The notes under the pieces: generated by a model
What the model was told of the DNA's origin: nothing
The model's database searches: none
Seen by the model: only the letters and a program-made list of their open reading frames with translations
Made by a program: the position numbers and the translations under genes
In this document: positions 21,201-35,000 of the stretch, in pieces
Layout of the letters: every line of letters starts with the position of its first letter
How positions within the stretch are numbered: the first letter of the stretch is position 1
Source: Lingula anatina
Taxonomy: Eukaryota > Animalia > Brachiopoda
Length of the DNA: 64,000 bases
Reading direction: 5' to 3'
NCBI GenBank assembly: GCA_051362555.1
Contig: CM120640.1
Coordinates: forward strand, 68,302,788-68,366,787

Positions 21201-24200
21201 AAATCAAGCAAGATTTTGCTGGATTTAGAAGATATAGTTGGGCATAGATAATGGCAGATTAGTGAGTGCAGTGCAACAATAAATGAAAGCTGACAGAATT
21301 TAACCATGTATACTGTTTGGGCCATTTTCTCTCAAGTTCTGTCAAACTGCAGTCTATTGCACAACAGTACAAATTCACTTTCATTTTGCCTTCCAAGATG
21401 ATGTTCCAGGGACACAGAGGTTCAACCCTATCACTTGAAATAAAAAGGCAAACCTACTTCCAACATCAAATGCTGCTGTCCGCCAGCTAGCCTCTATTCA
21501 GGCCACTTCAGATAATGGCCGTTCCCACCTCTATATGACTGTCCCACTAGCCAGCCTATCCCTTCCCACTTAATAATACATCACCATCTGATTGTGATAA
21601 TTGTATGTCTGTTCCGTCTTCTTTCCCCCTGACTATAAAATTACCTTAACTTTACAACAGTGGCTAAACGGTTTAGTCCCTGAAGCTATCAAACCACATA
21701 ATCAGTTCTACCTTTCTAAATTCAGTTTACTCCTGTTAAAGGTGTGCCAATTAAAGGATGCTTAACCTTTGTTAAACAGCAACAAGCATTTACTCCCTGC
21801 TCTTGGTGTATATTCAGGTAGACCCTGACTGTGAGTCTAGCAAGCTTATTCTCTAGCATTAATTGCATTCCATGAGTTTAAATAATTTCCCTGCAAATCT
21901 ACTTTTAGGTCCTCGTGTTAACAGATATGAGCTGTTATCATGTAGGCCCAAGTTTACTGAACCAGGCATCACCTGCATACCAGCTAATAACTTGAAATAA
22001 CAAATCAAACCTATACTTACACAAATGAACACAGAGGCAATAATTGAAACTGTGTGCTGAAACAATGGAGCTATTAACCCATTACAGTGACGTCATATTT
22101 GCTCCGTAACACTAGTCCCGCGGCCATGCTGGAGGGAATGAACGACGGGGAATAGTAGCGGTAATATAGGTGAACCAAATAAAATAAAATAAACTTCATA
22201 TCGCGATCAAGTACACCAAAGGGAAAAGGATATATACAAGCTGAAGCTTCAGCTGCTTAGCAGGATCGACCAATATGAACTCAAGACAGTCTAAAAACAT
22301 GAAATCCTACCAAATGCTACTTATCCAACATCGTGTTGTCAGAAGATAGTTCAGTTATCTTGTACTTCATTTTTCTTGTTCATTGGGTAATAACAGTTAT
22401 AGTTTGAGAGATTTTAATGTGTAATCATAAGTTTAACCCTACATAGAAGCAACTTTTTTCATAAAGGATAGATATAAGGAGAAATTTGAGCTGATCATCA
22501 GGATAAACCCTTGTGGACTCAAGGAAGAATGTATGCAGGATTGTCATAAAGTATGACATGAAATATTGCTGTCAGTTATGACTTATCTCTACATCGTGAG
22601 GCTGTCAGAAATTATTTCAACATTCTTGTACTTCATATTGGTTCATTAGAAAGTACATGTAACAAGACTGTTGTTTGAGAGTTTATTATTCACCATGCAA
22701 CCATTCATATAAGCAACATGTTAGGATTTTATTATTATTCAGTCATTCACAGAAGCAAGGCATTTTTCACACTTATGTATTTATGATGTCCAATGTAAAA
22801 TAACAATAATTCAGTTCATGAATTGATCTTCATTTCTGTTTTTTTTTTTTTTTTTTTTTTTGATAATTTACTTGCGCCCAATCAGTGTGGCTTGGTGGGA
22901 AATGCCAGTCAATTTCCTAAATGTAAATTAATAGAAAGATGACAACAGTGATTTTTATTCGTATTGTAACTTACAACATTACAGTTGAAAGGAGCAGAAT
23001 TTAACATTTTTACAGAGGAAAGTGCAAATTCATATCATGAGGTTATATGTCAATTACACCTGAGGTAGAATTTACTTGCAAAATAAAATTACTCTTATCA
23101 CTACACCAAATCGAAAATTAGGCCACTAACTTCCAAATGCACCTCATATAGGTAATTGATTTAATTGGCCCAGCTCAGCTGTGTACAGTACAAATATAGC
23201 CTTGACACTAATTGGCAATAATGCTAACCAGGTATTAAAGAGGTAGGTGACAGCCGATAAAATCTAGAGAGCACCGTAACTGATAACAAATTACACCCAA
23301 GGCAATAGGTGAGTCTTCATTATAAAAGTCGAAACCCTGCCTGGGTATTTCCACACGTTTTAACTAATTAACACACTCTCCACCCAAACTTTTTGGGCAC
23401 TACTTTAAATATATACTGTATGTAGTGTACGTGCGCCCCCAATGTACACACCTAGGTCTTTGGTTTTCTACTGTTTTTTCTTTTATGGTAAAATCTGCAC
23501 CGCTGGCTCTTCATTCTTTGCTATAAAATAAATTAGTTTTATCCTTTACTTTTCCGAAGAGTCTTGATTCAAAGCCACCTCGCCGTCTCTCCTCCGTTTA
23601 TGGTTTTATTTCCTTCACCATGGATTGTTACCACTGCAGGCAGCCTGTGAACGCTTGTAAAGTTAGTTATCTTCTCTCGATCAAATAACCTGCAGTAATT
23701 CATCATTTTGCTCGGTTAAATATCAAAGAAAATACAGAAAACGAAAACTGAACTACAGACATGGCTTGTTCATGCGCAGCAGACGATTCCGGTCTCCCTC
23801 CAGAATGGCTGCCGTTTGTTTTGATGACGCAGGCTCTAATGGGTCAATAGTCCCGTAGGAATCAATTATTAACCAGTACCACTGGACACTGAATAACTAA
23901 CTCATGTTCCTGTAGTTTATAGGGCAGGTATTGATAAGTTAGATATATACACACATAAGTATTTCATGCAACAATGTTATCTCTAAAGGTTAAGTGTATA
24001 ATTATTTATAGAGAAATATGTTGAAAATTAAGAAGACAATATTTCAACAATTTCTTCTACCAATTTAGACATAAATTCTGATCAATATCTGTATATTTAT
24101 TAAAAATTAAGCATGCCATTACATCCACTACTAGTATGTTTATAACATCCTATAAATATCCACAATGTACAAGACCATAACACTTTTGGATGCTACGCAT

Positions 24201-26040
24201 AACTAAGCACTTACTATAGGAAGCTATTTTCTACCTACCATTAATATCAAAACCTTAACAACATAACAACACTTGGTAATAATCCATCTCTCCATTTTCT
24301 TCTTCACAATAATATCTCCTTGTGGCTCAGTACTTCTTTCCTTCACATACAATGATGACTAAATAAGCCCCAGAGTCCAGTGCTGTGAAGCAATGATTCC
24401 TGAACAAGAACCAATCATGAGATCAGTAATAAGCTTGCTCATCCAAAGACGCTGTAACTTTCTGACATTGATCTCCAATATGTGAGTAATGCGTTTTGGC
24501 ACTCTGGCTCCTGACTAAACAACAATCTTCTCCTTAAACACAGCACAGCACATTAAGCCAGAGAGTAGGTGGAGAAGCTTTTCTTGCCTGGTCTAACTTT
24601 TAGATCCAATACGAAGAAGGAATAGGAGATGAAACTGGCCTCAGGCCACTAGCAAATGAAGTCCATTCAGCTGTGTGATTATCACCAGTCTCCTCCTAAA
24701 TAGCTTTCTTCTCCTGCACTAGGCATTGGTTAAGTAGCTGTTTATGCCTCACCATGTGTTCACAGTGGACCTTCCTTGAAATGGTGCTTATGAGATCCTG
24801 CTTCTTTTCCAGCATCAACCTCACACCCCAGGGTGTTTCAGCTGTGGTCAGGAGATAGGATCTGGTCTTATCAGCGTCCACTGGGATAACTAAAGTCACT
24901 GCCTCACACTGACCACAGATTGCAAGGTGGCACAACTAATCTCTGAGGGGGATACAGATGAGAAAAAATTCAAAAAAACTTTTTTTTTCCCTGAAACATA
25001 TTTGGCAATGCTGCAATGGATTTACAAGAAAGAATCAGCTGTTGATGCAATAATAATGACTTTTTTCTTAAGATAAATACAGCACATGTAATGGGCTCAA
25101 TTGTACCCATTTTAAGTACCCCCTCAAGAAAGAATGACCTTACAGGTCACTAAAAGGCGGCAAAGTTAGTCTGCTTCAGAGTGAGACTTCACTGAGCTGG
25201 ATACATGGAATAATCAAAAGCAAACACAATTAATACAATCCATAAACATCTGGAGACTGTAGACAGAGTAAGACTGCACAAGGACAAAGGACTTCCAGCT
25301 TTTAAAGTTTCCTCATATTTTCTCATGTTTAATCAAATTTGTGACCCCTTTTGTTGCAGTTGTTTTGCCAATAGGATGATAAATGATGCCGCGATATTTG
25401 TTGCTGTCAAATATTATCAACTTCCTCTCCTTTCAGTATGAAAGAAATATGAGTTTTCTCCCTCTGGTTTCTCACTCACACCTCAATCAAACAAAAATCT
25501 AGCTTCATATTGCTCCTTTCATTGGACTGAAATAATTTTCACAATTTGCCACACAGAATTTTTTCCCTTAGTCCTAACTTTTCAACTAGTCACAGCTGTT
25601 TTGACTTAGTGTCTTGTACAGTCATAAAGATAATGTTAGTTTAATATACTACACCCCATTGCTTTCCAGTCAATGAAACTAAAGATGTCGGTCTGTGAGC
25701 TCCCTAATGCCTGTTTTTTGTTAACAATTGCACCACTCCTTCACACACTTAAACAAAATTTCAAAAACAATTACTAACCAAAATTATACCCTTCCAGCCA
25801 AGAACAGGTCTTATCTTTGATATAATTTGAATATATTTTATTCCTAAGAGAGCACAGATAAAACTGTAGAAAATAAACCCTGCTTTCATAAGCATAAAAA
25901 TATCTGCATTCATTTGTATTGAATTGACTGAAATTACTTTCTGACATCTCTATAATAATGAGATATCAGTAAAAATAAAGCCAACTTTCTAGTCCATTTG
26001 TTAGACTGTCACATTTAAAAATGTATGGATAAAATTGATT

Positions 26041-26087
<47 letters not shown>

Positions 26088-29000
26088 TTTTTGGGGGGTG
26101 TCTTTCTTAGGGACTAGGAGAATACATACAAAAATTGTGCTGAGATTTTACCAGAATGCAGGGAAATTTAACATTTCCCAACTTTTTCCAGACCCCTCTA
26201 GCTTTGCAGTGACTGAAGAAATTTCAGTTTATTTGGAAAAAAAAAGATCTTTTCTGAACCTCATACACCAATATGTCTTTGAAACTTAAACTTGCTATGT
26301 CACACACTGAGTGATCCAAGCAAATAATGAAGCCCACTATGACCTAGCAACCTGCTCTCAACTTCATTCAGCCAGTCTAGTTCTATTAATCAGATTAACC
26401 AATCTGGTGATAAAGTGAATCAAAGGGCTTTAGGCAATGAGCGCATTCAGTACAGATGATCCGCGGACTAACTGATCTGACCATCCCCACATAAAAGCAA
26501 TGCCACTAATTCCCTGATGGTCTCCCTGCCTCCACACACACTGTCGCTGCAGGGCCTAACAATTAAACCTCGGAGCTGAGATTTAATCCGTTTAATGGCA
26601 CATGTGGAGGTGGGGAGATCGTCAGGGAATTAGCGGCATCGCTTTTAAGTGAGTCGGCCATATTTAGTCTGCGGATCAACTTGCTCTGAATGCGCTCAAT
26701 AAGAACTAATTAAGTCAAGGCCTCTGTGGGTGAGCAAATATATGACCAGCATTCATTTCCATCATAATCATTATCTTATTCCAAACACCAAACAAGTTCA
26801 GACAATTTGGTACAACTGCAAAGCCAGAGAGAGAGAGAATTACAACTGAACATCAGGAACTTAAAACAGTTTTCTTGTTAGTCAAGTGAGGAAATATCAA
26901 ATGTTAGTCAGACTACAATATTGTGTTTGGTGTGACCAAAACCTCTAAAGAATGCAGTTAGTAATTCCTTTGGTTTTGTGCTCAACTATGTGGAGCAGGT
27001 GCTCCTCAGTTCCTTTGTGACTCCCTCCACAGACTCATTAGCTGTTAAATCAATCAGGACCAGCTGCCCCAGCTCCCTAGAGCACTGTCAACAGCTGGCC
27101 CTGTGTTGTGCTGGACATTGTGGTGCAAGGGATAAGTGCTCACAAATCAATACTGACTTTCAAGGACTGAGGATCAAACAGAATTCTAAATTATTTCAAT
27201 ACATTTTGATCCACAGCTAAATAAAAATAACAATTTAAAATCTGGAAATGCTGCCCCCCCCCCCCCCCAACCTCCAAACATGAGTTGAATTCAGTGGAAG
27301 CAATTTTAAATTTAGCACCAATTTTATGTATGACCGTATAAGTATTAAAGTACTTTTTATGCATTAGATGGCATTTAGTAACACCAATATTTCAAACATG
27401 ACAGATTGTTATTATCATACATAAATGTCTCATCACCCAACCCTTTCCTATTATTTCATCAGGCCTCTAGTTCCATACTTTTTTTAAAAAAACCCTTAAT
27501 AAGTTATATCTGTGAATGCACTACTTTAGATCTTGAAGTAATGCTACAGTCTGGCAATAGGTGTCACTACTAGTTTTCAACATAACCATCAGCTACAAGA
27601 ATACTTCAACTGATGAACGAGCTGTCTCAGGGAACAAAATGATAGGTCTGGCAAGACCTCAGTAATTGGCATGCATTACTTTGGGAAGCAGTTAAATTTG
27701 TAATTCCCCAGATTGTACTTTATCTTCATTTTAGAAAAACTTGCCACTTTGCCAGGCATATCTAGATATTTATTTTACAAGGTAAAGAATGGGGTTTTCA
27801 CTAAAATCTTTATTTGCTCTCCAAAAAAAGGTTTTTAAGGACCAGCCCCTTGAGGACTGACTTTGCAAGAAAATGTTTTATTACCAAGAAAAAACAAAAG
27901 GATCTTTTCAGACATGAAATTTCACATGAGCTGTGATGCAGATACAGAAATTTTGCAAAATGAGCTTGACATTTATACCATGAAAGATGACTTTCACAGG
28001 TGTTGCTAGGATCAGGCAAGAGCACATCTAATAAAGCATAATTTATGTTTGGCAAAGATTTTAGATCAATGATCAACAGATATAACTCCGATTTTCACTT
28101 TCTTTAATCTTTAATCTAACACTCGTTTTAAAACTCTGGTAATATTTTGTGCAGAAAAATCAATATGAGAGTCATGACCATAGCAAAATGGCTTAAAACA
28201 ACAAATCGAGTTGACAAGTTTTCTGTGTCTGCATTAGGGTGACGTGACTCCAAGGTTATCCTTTAATTTCCTGAGAAGTCCACGGTTGTGCTGATGTCAG
28301 TGCATGCAAATACCACTACGAGTATTTTAAAGGTCTGTTCATTTTGTCAACTGTTAAGCCTTGAACATAACAAATTAACACTCATGACAGTTGGAAAGAT
28401 GTGAGAAATGAAAGACTATTTCTACATAAGTAGCACATATATAGATGGATCCCGTAGATTTCATATGAATAGCATACTTAAGGGAATCATAAAAAACTGT
28501 CAAATTTGGAAGATTCATCCAACAAAGGGGCAATTCTTTGGTAGTTAATGAGCAATTTCATATCTAAAATTACCTTTATAATAGAAGGATCAACAAGTTA
28601 TAATGATGAGATATCCTGTTACAAGAAAATTACTGTATGGTATCAATAACTGCACAAATTGGTAATTACTCAGCAGCTTTTTTCGCTACTGTAATGTATG
28701 CTTCAACTTCAACTTCCTCATTTGAGAATAGGCAGATATCAGTGTAGAAAACAAACAATGATTCAACTGATAGGTAATGTGTATTTTCCTACCACTCACT
28801 AAACTATTTTATCTTTACCTTCTAAAGGAATGATTAAACTACCCAAATAACCTTTACACATGCAACACATTTATTCTAAAGCATGCCTGTAAGCTGACAT
28901 ATCAAATATATTTAAAAAAAGAAATTCTAGCCCTCAACTCCCAGCAAGACAGTAGGAAAATGTTAAGTAATGTCATTCAAAGATGACATAAATGATGCAC

Positions 29001-32000
29001 AGGGTTCCAACCAGAAAACTTTCACTATCCAGAAAATCCCATCTGCCTACTTTCCAACAACAGGGTGCGCTAGTAGTCTGTTATAAAAATGTTAAAAGGC
29101 GGTGAAACTTGCTCATCCTTTGGGTATTTTGGTTGGAAATAATTTTTGTTGATGCTGAGGTGTATTAACTCAGTTGTCAAAATAGCCTTCATCATCCCAA
29201 GTGCTTATACTTTTTTCCTAAAATGAAAAAAATATAAAGATTTCAAAGCACATGTAGACACTCACCTCTAATGATGAAGTTGCCAGGCAGTTTGTATCTG
29301 CACGACTATTGCCATAAAAATCGGATAACTTGGCACGTGGGGGGCACATTTCTGAGTTTGGGACCTGTCTACCATAGTGGGCAAACTGGATACTGATGGC
29401 CGTCTCCTTGGGGCACGTCACATCGAGGTAGTTGTAGTCACAAACAAATTCTTCAAATGTTACCAGCGTGCTTGTCAGTAAGTCTGGAAGTAAATAGAGA
29501 CAATGCAAATGTGTTATTTTAAAGAAAAATTAAAATGTGAGTATCAATATAAAAACCACAGTTTTTTAATTCATTGAAAAACTTTTACTATTTCTTCTGC
29601 TGCAACAAAAGTAAATATCTGGAATGCCTTAAATTAAGCACACTGAGAATTTAAAGTGGCCTATTTGGGTTTATTACAATGCCTTTCCCCTTCCAAAGCA
29701 TTTACAGATCCAACAGATTTAAAATATTGAATTACAAACATAAAACATTCATATCCGCTTAGAAATAGGACTTTGGGTCACTTCTTTCAATTCAGCGTAG
29801 TCAGTCAACATGGAGGGGGGAGGAAAGCCTTTTTTCCCTCTGACTACTCAGTGAGCTAACTTACTGAATGGGACAAACCATCTCATTCCATCTTTAACAT
29901 GGAAAGATTTCTAAATTTACTTTTTGATAAATGTTGTCTATGCCAAAATTCTTGAATTGTTTTCATGCTCACATTCCTTGTTATCAACTGTTTTGACAGG
30001 TCTTTTATTACTGTGAAAAATATTTGTTTGCTAATTACTACTTAGTTCACATCAACTTAGAAACCACAAAATCGAGTTTGTTTCACAAATCACCAATAAT
30101 TTCACATCTTCAAAGCCTTATCAACCAGGGGACAAATAGTGCAATCTGCTTCTTATGAGCTGTGGTCGTGTACTGAGATTAAGTGGAGTATGAACTGATA
30201 ATAGGTGATACACGCAGATGTGAAGGCAACATCAATCAGATCAACACAAACTTGTGGATTTGGCTTCAAAGATATCTTCAGTAACATACACGTGAAACTG
30301 TGGATTTTAGACTTGAAAAGTCCAGAAATGTAAATGTTTTACATTTACGTTCAAAACCTACGAACAGCTTAAAAGATCAGCCCCTAACTAAGCTCCGCCC
30401 TCCCGAACCATTCCTAGCTCACCTGCATACAGGATCACACTGCCCACATTCATGCAGTAACAACACATCAGTGCTGCTAAACAAGGCTGGCATATACACA
30501 TCTCCTCCATGGCAAGATAACAGGTGCTTCAAAACTTTTGTCCTCTTTCTTTGAAAATCTTAGAATGAAAATATCACCTCTGTTTTGTGGTGAATGATTA
30601 TAACATAAGTTTGATCCTTTTAATTCACGAGCATACTGAAGTGACTACCCAAGCGTCCACTTAACTGAACAGGCATTGTCCAGTTTGACTATCTCCCAAG
30701 GTTCACCATGCAGCAAAAGTTATTTCTCCCCTTTGTTCAAACTTAACCCCCCAAATCAAAGCAAAATGCTAAGCCTACATTGCTTATTTACTCAACACAA
30801 ATGTTATTTGGTCTTCAATCGAAGTGGAATAATATCAAGCAAACAAATGTCCAGTCCCAGAGTATCCTTCACCTTGGCAGTCTGTGGTGGGCAGGTAATA
30901 CTTGATCCCTTAACACACAGCAGAAAAGACTGCGGCACATGCTTTTACCTAGTTAACAACATAGGTTCAATTTATCACTGGCCATCACAGAGTGTTAGGT
31001 AAGTTTTGCTTGAACAATGACAAAATAAAGCGTGACAGCTATAAAAATCCTCTGCTGGCTCTGACATAAAGATATCCTTCTTTCAGTAATTCAGCCTTGC
31101 ATAAATAAAATTTAATCTTTAGGGGGTAATTTTTCTTTGTACACACCAAGTAACTTGATTTCCCTCAGTAAAACCTGCATTTTCCTCTGGAATTAAACAA
31201 CAATGGTGTTATTTGCAAACAGCTCAAGTGGCCTAGGGTTAGATAAATGTCCTAACCACCTGCACTTTTCAGATTATATTTAAATCTCAATGGAGGCCCT
31301 TTTCAATTAAAATAAAACATGAGACGACACAGAGATGCAATCCCGTAACTTGGTTCTCCATTCAACTGCCACAAAAGTATCTGCTCTACAGTTGATGTAA
31401 ACACAGAGCTAAATAAATGATTTTAAAAATCCCAAAGATTACACAGATCAGGTTTTCATTCTTCATCCCTTATCCTCAACCCTACCATTATCTTTAATGG
31501 GGTTTGACAACCAATAATGACTCAAGTGCCATCCACAAATTGCCTCATTTTAAGCTCTATTAACCACAAACCAATCAAGTATGTCTTATGTAAAGCACTT
31601 TTTAAGTTAAGTGTTAATGGGCTTTTGGTTGCCTTATCTAGGCTAATTGATAGCCTGTTATAACATTGGAAAACTAGCCAGGTATAATAGTCTTGAGAAA
31701 TACTGTAGTTCCACTAAACAAGGTCTGTGTCTCTGTCAACTTCTATAATAATAACTCCTCTGAGCTCATAAAGTGCTTGATAACTGATGATGACAATTAC
31801 TTGAATTGCATCAAATTCAACATTTCTTCAATATATTTGTAATTTTCTACACAAGCAACATATCAGTGTTCAAAAACTTGAACAATTTCTGTAATATGAT
31901 GCATTTTGCCATAAATTGTACTTCACTTCACCGCACTTCCGTTGGCTTCTTTCACTCACTTTTTTTTAAAGCATGCATTAAACACCTATCCCAAGCTGTA

Positions 32001-35000
32001 CCTGGCTGTCATCCCCTATACAGTTCCCTGCCATGCAAACGCACTCACTCATTGCCTGTTCAATGTCTCCATAAACAAACCTGAGCTGAATGAAACAGGA
32101 GGAACCAAGAACTCAAATTCTTCAATTACAAACCATAGAGTTAAAGAAATAATTCCAGTCACTCTGGGTCAATGGTTGCTTGATTGGAGAGCTTTTGAGG
32201 CAAGGGTTATGTGGAAAAAATGTTTTCTTGAATGTTTTCCCGTCAAAGAGTTGCAAGGGGGAGTTTGAATAGATGGCTTTCTTGCACATGAGCTGCTGTG
32301 ATTCTTGATGGAGCTTTGATGATGAAAACTCTCTTCCTATAAGCCAACGATGTGATGCTGATAGTATTATGCACTGATACTGTGGTTTTGACACCTTATT
32401 TAATCCTGTGAACACACTTAACTTGATCGTCTGGTTTGTGGTTTTTGTGGTCTACCAAATGGCAATATTACAGCAGCATGCTTAGTGCACATTTGGTATC
32501 GGCATGGTGCTGCATAACATTCACTCCTGTATGAGAGTGAGCAACCACTTTAAGTACAATGTATTAAAGGTACTTATGAAGGTACTTACAAAAACAGACT
32601 TCAAAAGAAAATCAGATACAAAAATATTTAATACTTAAACACTGTATCCAAAACACTTTTCTCATAAGCGAATTTTTTTTTTTAATCATTTTTACTCTCA
32701 TAACACTTTTTTTTTTTGGGGGGGGGGGAGGGAATACTAGTAATTACCAATAATCTTTGCATTCACTTCCAGCAGACTTTTCTACATTCCATTTGAAAAA
32801 ATAGACAAGTGCAACATTTGCTAAGTGGTATCTAGGAGTTTCTTTTATTTTGATACTGATTAGTGGTAATGTAGCAGGTCAAGGGTACACAGGTACCACA
32901 TACCAGGCCCTGATGACTGATGAGGCAGGATCATTTACTTAACCTTCTCACTAAGTGAACAACAGGCACTAATGTTCCTGCTGGATGGGACTTGTCATTT
33001 TCTGGTCAGAACTAAATTACACTTGATTAAAACTTTGCATGTTTGTGGAAAAATACATGATTTTTTAAATTGAATGCCTCCATCTGAACAATGTAACGGG
33101 AAGATGATGAGGTGGAAACTATGTTAAATGCCAATCTTTATTTTAGATGAGATATGAATCATCTCATGAGTGCCCCGTCAACCACAGAATATGAAACTGA
33201 AAACAGGTGGCTTTTTGTTTTTCATTATATTTAAATTCCTGATAAAACACCTGGTTGCTTGCTCGTTCTTTCATTTAAATATCCAAATATTTCCCCATTA
33301 TTATTATTTTTTTAATCTGTGCTCAGAACCTGCAGTTTCCAGGCTTGTTAGACACAGCTGGCTGCTCTTCCTTCAAGTTACAAACAAGACTTGAGTATAA
33401 CCAGAAGGCCCATCACAACACAATACAAGCATGTCTTACTTAAATTTCACAATTATCAACTTCAGGGCAGATTTCAAGGACATAATAAAAAACAAGAAGA
33501 CATTTGATGAAGTACACAATGATGAGAATAACCAGTTGCTGGGAGTTATACCCCCTCATCTACAGTGATCAAACAAGAGTCTGAAGAGACAGTGTCATGT
33601 TCTCTGCTGTAACCAGAAGGCAGTATCATATACCATCAAGATAAAAAGGTTATGAGTAATGGGCGTTTGTAAATTCCCCCTTGATCTATGTTTAAAATCT
33701 CGTGCCCATTTTTCTTTGTTATTGTGGAATCCACTGGCCCAGTTTTACACATACTAATATAAACTATTAAAGGCTTAAAAAGTCTTGGTATGTTAATAAA
33801 TGCACAGTTTTTCTCTTCTTTTTTCTTCTTTATTCTCAATACCACTTCTGTCAAGAAAATAATTTATTTATTTCTTACCAAATTTCTGTGATTTTGTGAA
33901 ATTCTAATTCAAACATATGCATACTTTGAAAAATGACAAAGGATACTTTCTTCTACCAGCATAAACTGAGACCGTGAGCAATGCTATTACTTATGCAGGC
34001 AAAGGTCTGATTTCAAAGATCCTTAGCATTTGTGACTTCTGATCAGGAAGATTAATAATGCCTTCACCACTTATCTAAATTGCATGACGTTGCCATACGA
34101 CTTCCAAAGCAACATGGTTTTCCAAATCAGCCTGTTATATAAACTTCTGTAAAACATTAAGCTGGATAGATTCATTCATTGGAGTAAACTCCATTAAAAT
34201 CAGTGGAATTTATAGTGTTGTAAACAATACTGATATTTTATCAATGTTAAACAGCCAGCCTGTTCATTAAAGTCAATATTGCAGCTAAACAAAACAGCAA
34301 ACTGATATTTTCATTTCCCCTGACATGTCCCATACATCAGAAGCCAACAAATAACCTCTCAAGCAGCACAAGCTGTTTCTTCTAATGATCACTTGAACTC
34401 TAATGACAGCAGACACTGTGTAGTGACAGTACAGTCAGAGTAGATGTCGCATGTTCGACCTAGGTCAAAGATGACAGTTTCTATAAAGAAGTGAAGTCAT
34501 TTAACTAGTGAAGTGACAGCCGCCATTATCATAAAGGTTTAATGATCTAACTCAATAGATATATCTCTTTATGTCTTATTTTTTCCCTCCAATTTTGTCA
34601 AAAAAATAACAAGAGTTCAGCACTCAACTTCTGATTAGATACTAAAACTGATTTAGTATTAGATCAAGTAAATTGTTCTTGAGTGTTAAAGGAATCTGTT
34701 TATTATCATTGAGCAAGGCTAGAGGAACATGATGCCTCAGGTAAATCTTAGTAAACAAGACTTGTAAGTTAGCTTTGGCCATCCTTGTGACCTGTAAGGA
34801 CTGCTTCATACAGAACAGAGCATGACAGGGAATAATGACAGTTACAGCTATTTCACAGAATTTTCTTCTAAATCATCATCTCTATTTAACAATTTCTGCT
34901 AAATTTAATTTTCTCCTAAGACCTAGCTAGAGATTTAAGATGAGGGGCTACAGATCTGTGGCAAATTAAATTTTCTGGGGAAATGAAAAGATGAGAAAGT

